64,000 nucleotides of DNA from an uncultured Acidobacteriaceae bacterium. GTDB lineage: Bacteria; Acidobacteriota; Terriglobia; Terriglobales; Acidobacteriaceae. Under the pieces are notes generated by a model that was not told where the DNA came from, did no database searches, and saw nothing but the letters and a program-made list of their open reading frames with translations. Shown piece after piece: positions 62,523 through 64,000 of this stretch (position 1 is its first letter; each line of letters opens with the position of its first letter). The position numbers and the translations under genes were made by a program. The stretch spans positions 209,526 through 273,525 of the forward strand of contig CAWEXN010000007.1 in NCBI GenBank assembly GCA_963813015.1. The letters run 5' to 3'.

Positions 62523-62550
62523 CGACCCCTGATCCCTGTTCCCTGAACCC
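62523..62550 (-). repeat. GGGAACA-type heptamer array between flgH and flgI
   Basis: GGGTTCA GGGAACA GGGATCA GGGGTCG. Confidence 0.8.
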
Positions 62551-62555
62551 TGCCT

Positions 62556-63278
62556 TTAAAACACCACGAGCTTCTCCAGCAGCCGCACCAGCGGATTCGA
62601 TCGGTAAGTGGAGTCGTTCACAATTCCCTTGCCCGTCACTTCGAGTTCCAGATCCGTCATCGCCGTCGACAACACCTGGTTCTGGTTGCTCACGTCCTCG
62701 GGCCGCACCAGCCCGCGCAGAACAATCAGCTGCGTCTGCTCGGAGAAGGTGATCTGCCGCGTGGCCTGCACCACCAGCATTCCGTTGGGCAGCACATCCA
62801 CCACCTCGGCCCCGAAGGTCGTTGCCAAACTCGAATCAGTCGTGCTCTGGCCCTGCGCCGTCAGCCCCGACGAGGCCGTCGCGCCGACCAGGTTCTGTAG
62901 TGCATTCGAAGCCTTCAGCGCTCCGAACAGCGACGTGACACCGGAGTTGGCATTCGACGCGCGGGAATTCTTTACCTGCCCCCCGGTCGAAGCCGACAGG
63001 CTTTCGCCAACGACAATCATCACCACGTCGTGAATCCTGTAGGCCTTCACATCGGTGCCCAGGCGCACCAACTGTCCATCCGGACTCCACAGCGAACCTG
63101 CCGTATGCACCTCGGCTGCTTGTTGGGCGCGCACCCGCGCAATGTAGTTACGCAAGGCCTCCTCCGGCGGAGTGGCCTTCGTTGCCGGAACTGCGGAACT
63201 GTGTTTCTTTCCCCACGTCGCGGCCGGCACCGCCAGAAACCCGCCCAACAATATCGCTGCTGCCCAACGCGTCTTCAT
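62556..63278 (-). CDS. flgH: Flagellar L-ring protein
   Basis: GSLW, DVKAYRIHDVV.I, VVDVLPNGMLVV, GLVRPEDV...N.V.S, G.G. Confidence 0.9.
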   Translation of the reverse strand: MKTRWAAAILLGGFLAVPAATWGKKHSSAVPATKATPPEEALRNYIARVRAQQAAEVHTAGSLWSPDGQLVRLGTDVKAYRIHDVVMIVVGESLSASTGGQVKNSRASNANSGVTSLFGALKASNALQNLVGATASSGLTAQGQSTTDSSLATTFGAEVVDVLPNGMLVVQATRQITFSEQTQLIVLRGLVRPEDVSNQNQVLSTAMTDLELEVTGKGIVNDSTYRSNPLVRLLEKLVVF

Positions 63279-63775
63279 GGATGAGCCTTCTGCTCCGGCA
63301 TGAGCTCCGCCGTTCCCGGCGCCAGCGCCACGACGCTCACCACTTTGCCGCCGATCTTCAGTCGCGCCTCAAAATTTGCTCCAACCACCGCCGACCCCAA
63401 AGCAGTTGCCTCGAGCCGCGCGTCGACCACCGTCGTGTGTTCCTCGACGATCAGCGCATCGCCCGCATGAATCATGGGATGAATCGCGGAGCCGGCAGCC
63501 GCATTCGCCGCATGGTGTGCGCTCCGCCGCGCCGGCTCGGCTGCCTCTTTTGAACCGGCGTCCGCGTTCCCGACCCGCACCATCCGTCCCGGCCCGCCCG
63601 AATCCGCCGCGTCCTTGACCAGCAGCCATCGGTCGCCGGTCGAAGCATCGTCGATCACTCGAATCACCTGGCCCGAAATCTGGCCGCGATCCTGGCCGCG
63701 AGCGGCCGCCAGAGTCTGGAAGGCCAGCACCGCAATGCCGGCCAAAATCATCGAGCTCGCAACGACCCTGCTCAC
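63275..63775 (-). CDS. flgA: FlgA-like P-ring assembly chaperone
   Basis: Signal peptide; IHAGDAL.V.E......LEATALG....G......L..GGKVV..VA..PG C-terminal domain; position between flgG and flgH. Confidence 0.65.
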   Translation of the reverse strand: MSRVVASSMILAGIAVLAFQTLAAARGQDRGQISGQVIRVIDDASTGDRWLLVKDAADSGGPGRMVRVGNADAGSKEAAEPARRSAHHAANAAAGSAIHPMIHAGDALIVEEHTTVVDARLEATALGSAVVGANFEARLKIGGKVVSVVALAPGTAELMPEQKAHP

Positions 63776-63787
63776 CCTTGCTCCATC

Positions 63788-63896
63788 TCTTCAACCAGTG
63801 CCGCGAAGATTCATCCAACACTGCCGCGGATATTCATCAGCCCATGACGGAAGTTCTTCGACCAATGCCGGAGGTTCTTCAACCAGTGCCGGAAGT
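63788..63896 (-). repeat. Five tandem degenerate 21-23 bp repeats between flgG and flgA
   Basis: Plus-strand units TCTTCAACCAGTGCCGCGAAGAT / TCATCCAACACTGCCGCGGATAT / TCATCAGCCCATGACGGAAGT / TCTTCGACCAATGCCGGAGGT / TCTTCAACCAGTGCCGGAAGT. Confidence 0.8.
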
Positions 63897-64000
63897 TCAG
63901 TGCGTCATATTGTTGACTTCCGAATACATGTCATCGGCCGCCTTGATGACCTTTGAATTCGATTCGTATGCCCGCTGCGCCAGCACCATCTGCACAAACT
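63897..64000 (-). CDS. flgG: Flagellar distal rod protein, C-terminal fragment (runs off window)
   Basis: FVQMVLAQRAYESNSKVIKAADDMYSEVNNMTH*. Confidence 0.88.
   Translation of the reverse strand, partial: FVQMVLAQRAYESNSKVIKAADDMYSEVNNMTH

Noticed and set aside
63788-63896. Mini CRISPR array
   Set aside because: Units are contiguous and degenerate, with no spacers or leader.

Overview
GC-rich bacterial chromosome segment, most likely Acidobacteriota (inferred from gene content: GloVer-repeat, VWA and TrbI-like proteins). Left half: a Phd-like/VapC toxin-antitoxin pair, cell-envelope and peptidoglycan-recycling genes (lytic transglycosylase, murQ, AmiE-like hydrolase, lepB), an ~8 kb accessory locus (Tat-exported unknown protein / TPR-CHAT protease / secreted GloVer-repeat protein with six 282-bp tandem repeats), a GH130 phosphorylase, carA and carB separated by a terminator and a REP-flanked RAYT transposase, a DapA-family aldolase, miaB and a probable 6S RNA. 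Right half: two minus-strand flagellar blocks (flgG-A-H-I-J-M-N-K-L; and diguanylate cyclase, response regulator, HTH-less sigma54 activator, flgBC-fliEFGHIJK-flgDE) separated by rpsO-pnp and unrelated genes. Degenerate heptamer arrays sit at many flagellar gene junctions. About ten single-base frameshifts, including in carA and carB, look like sequencing insertion errors, not pseudogenes. No tRNA, rRNA or CRISPR array was seen. All family calls are by eye from motifs; no database search was run.
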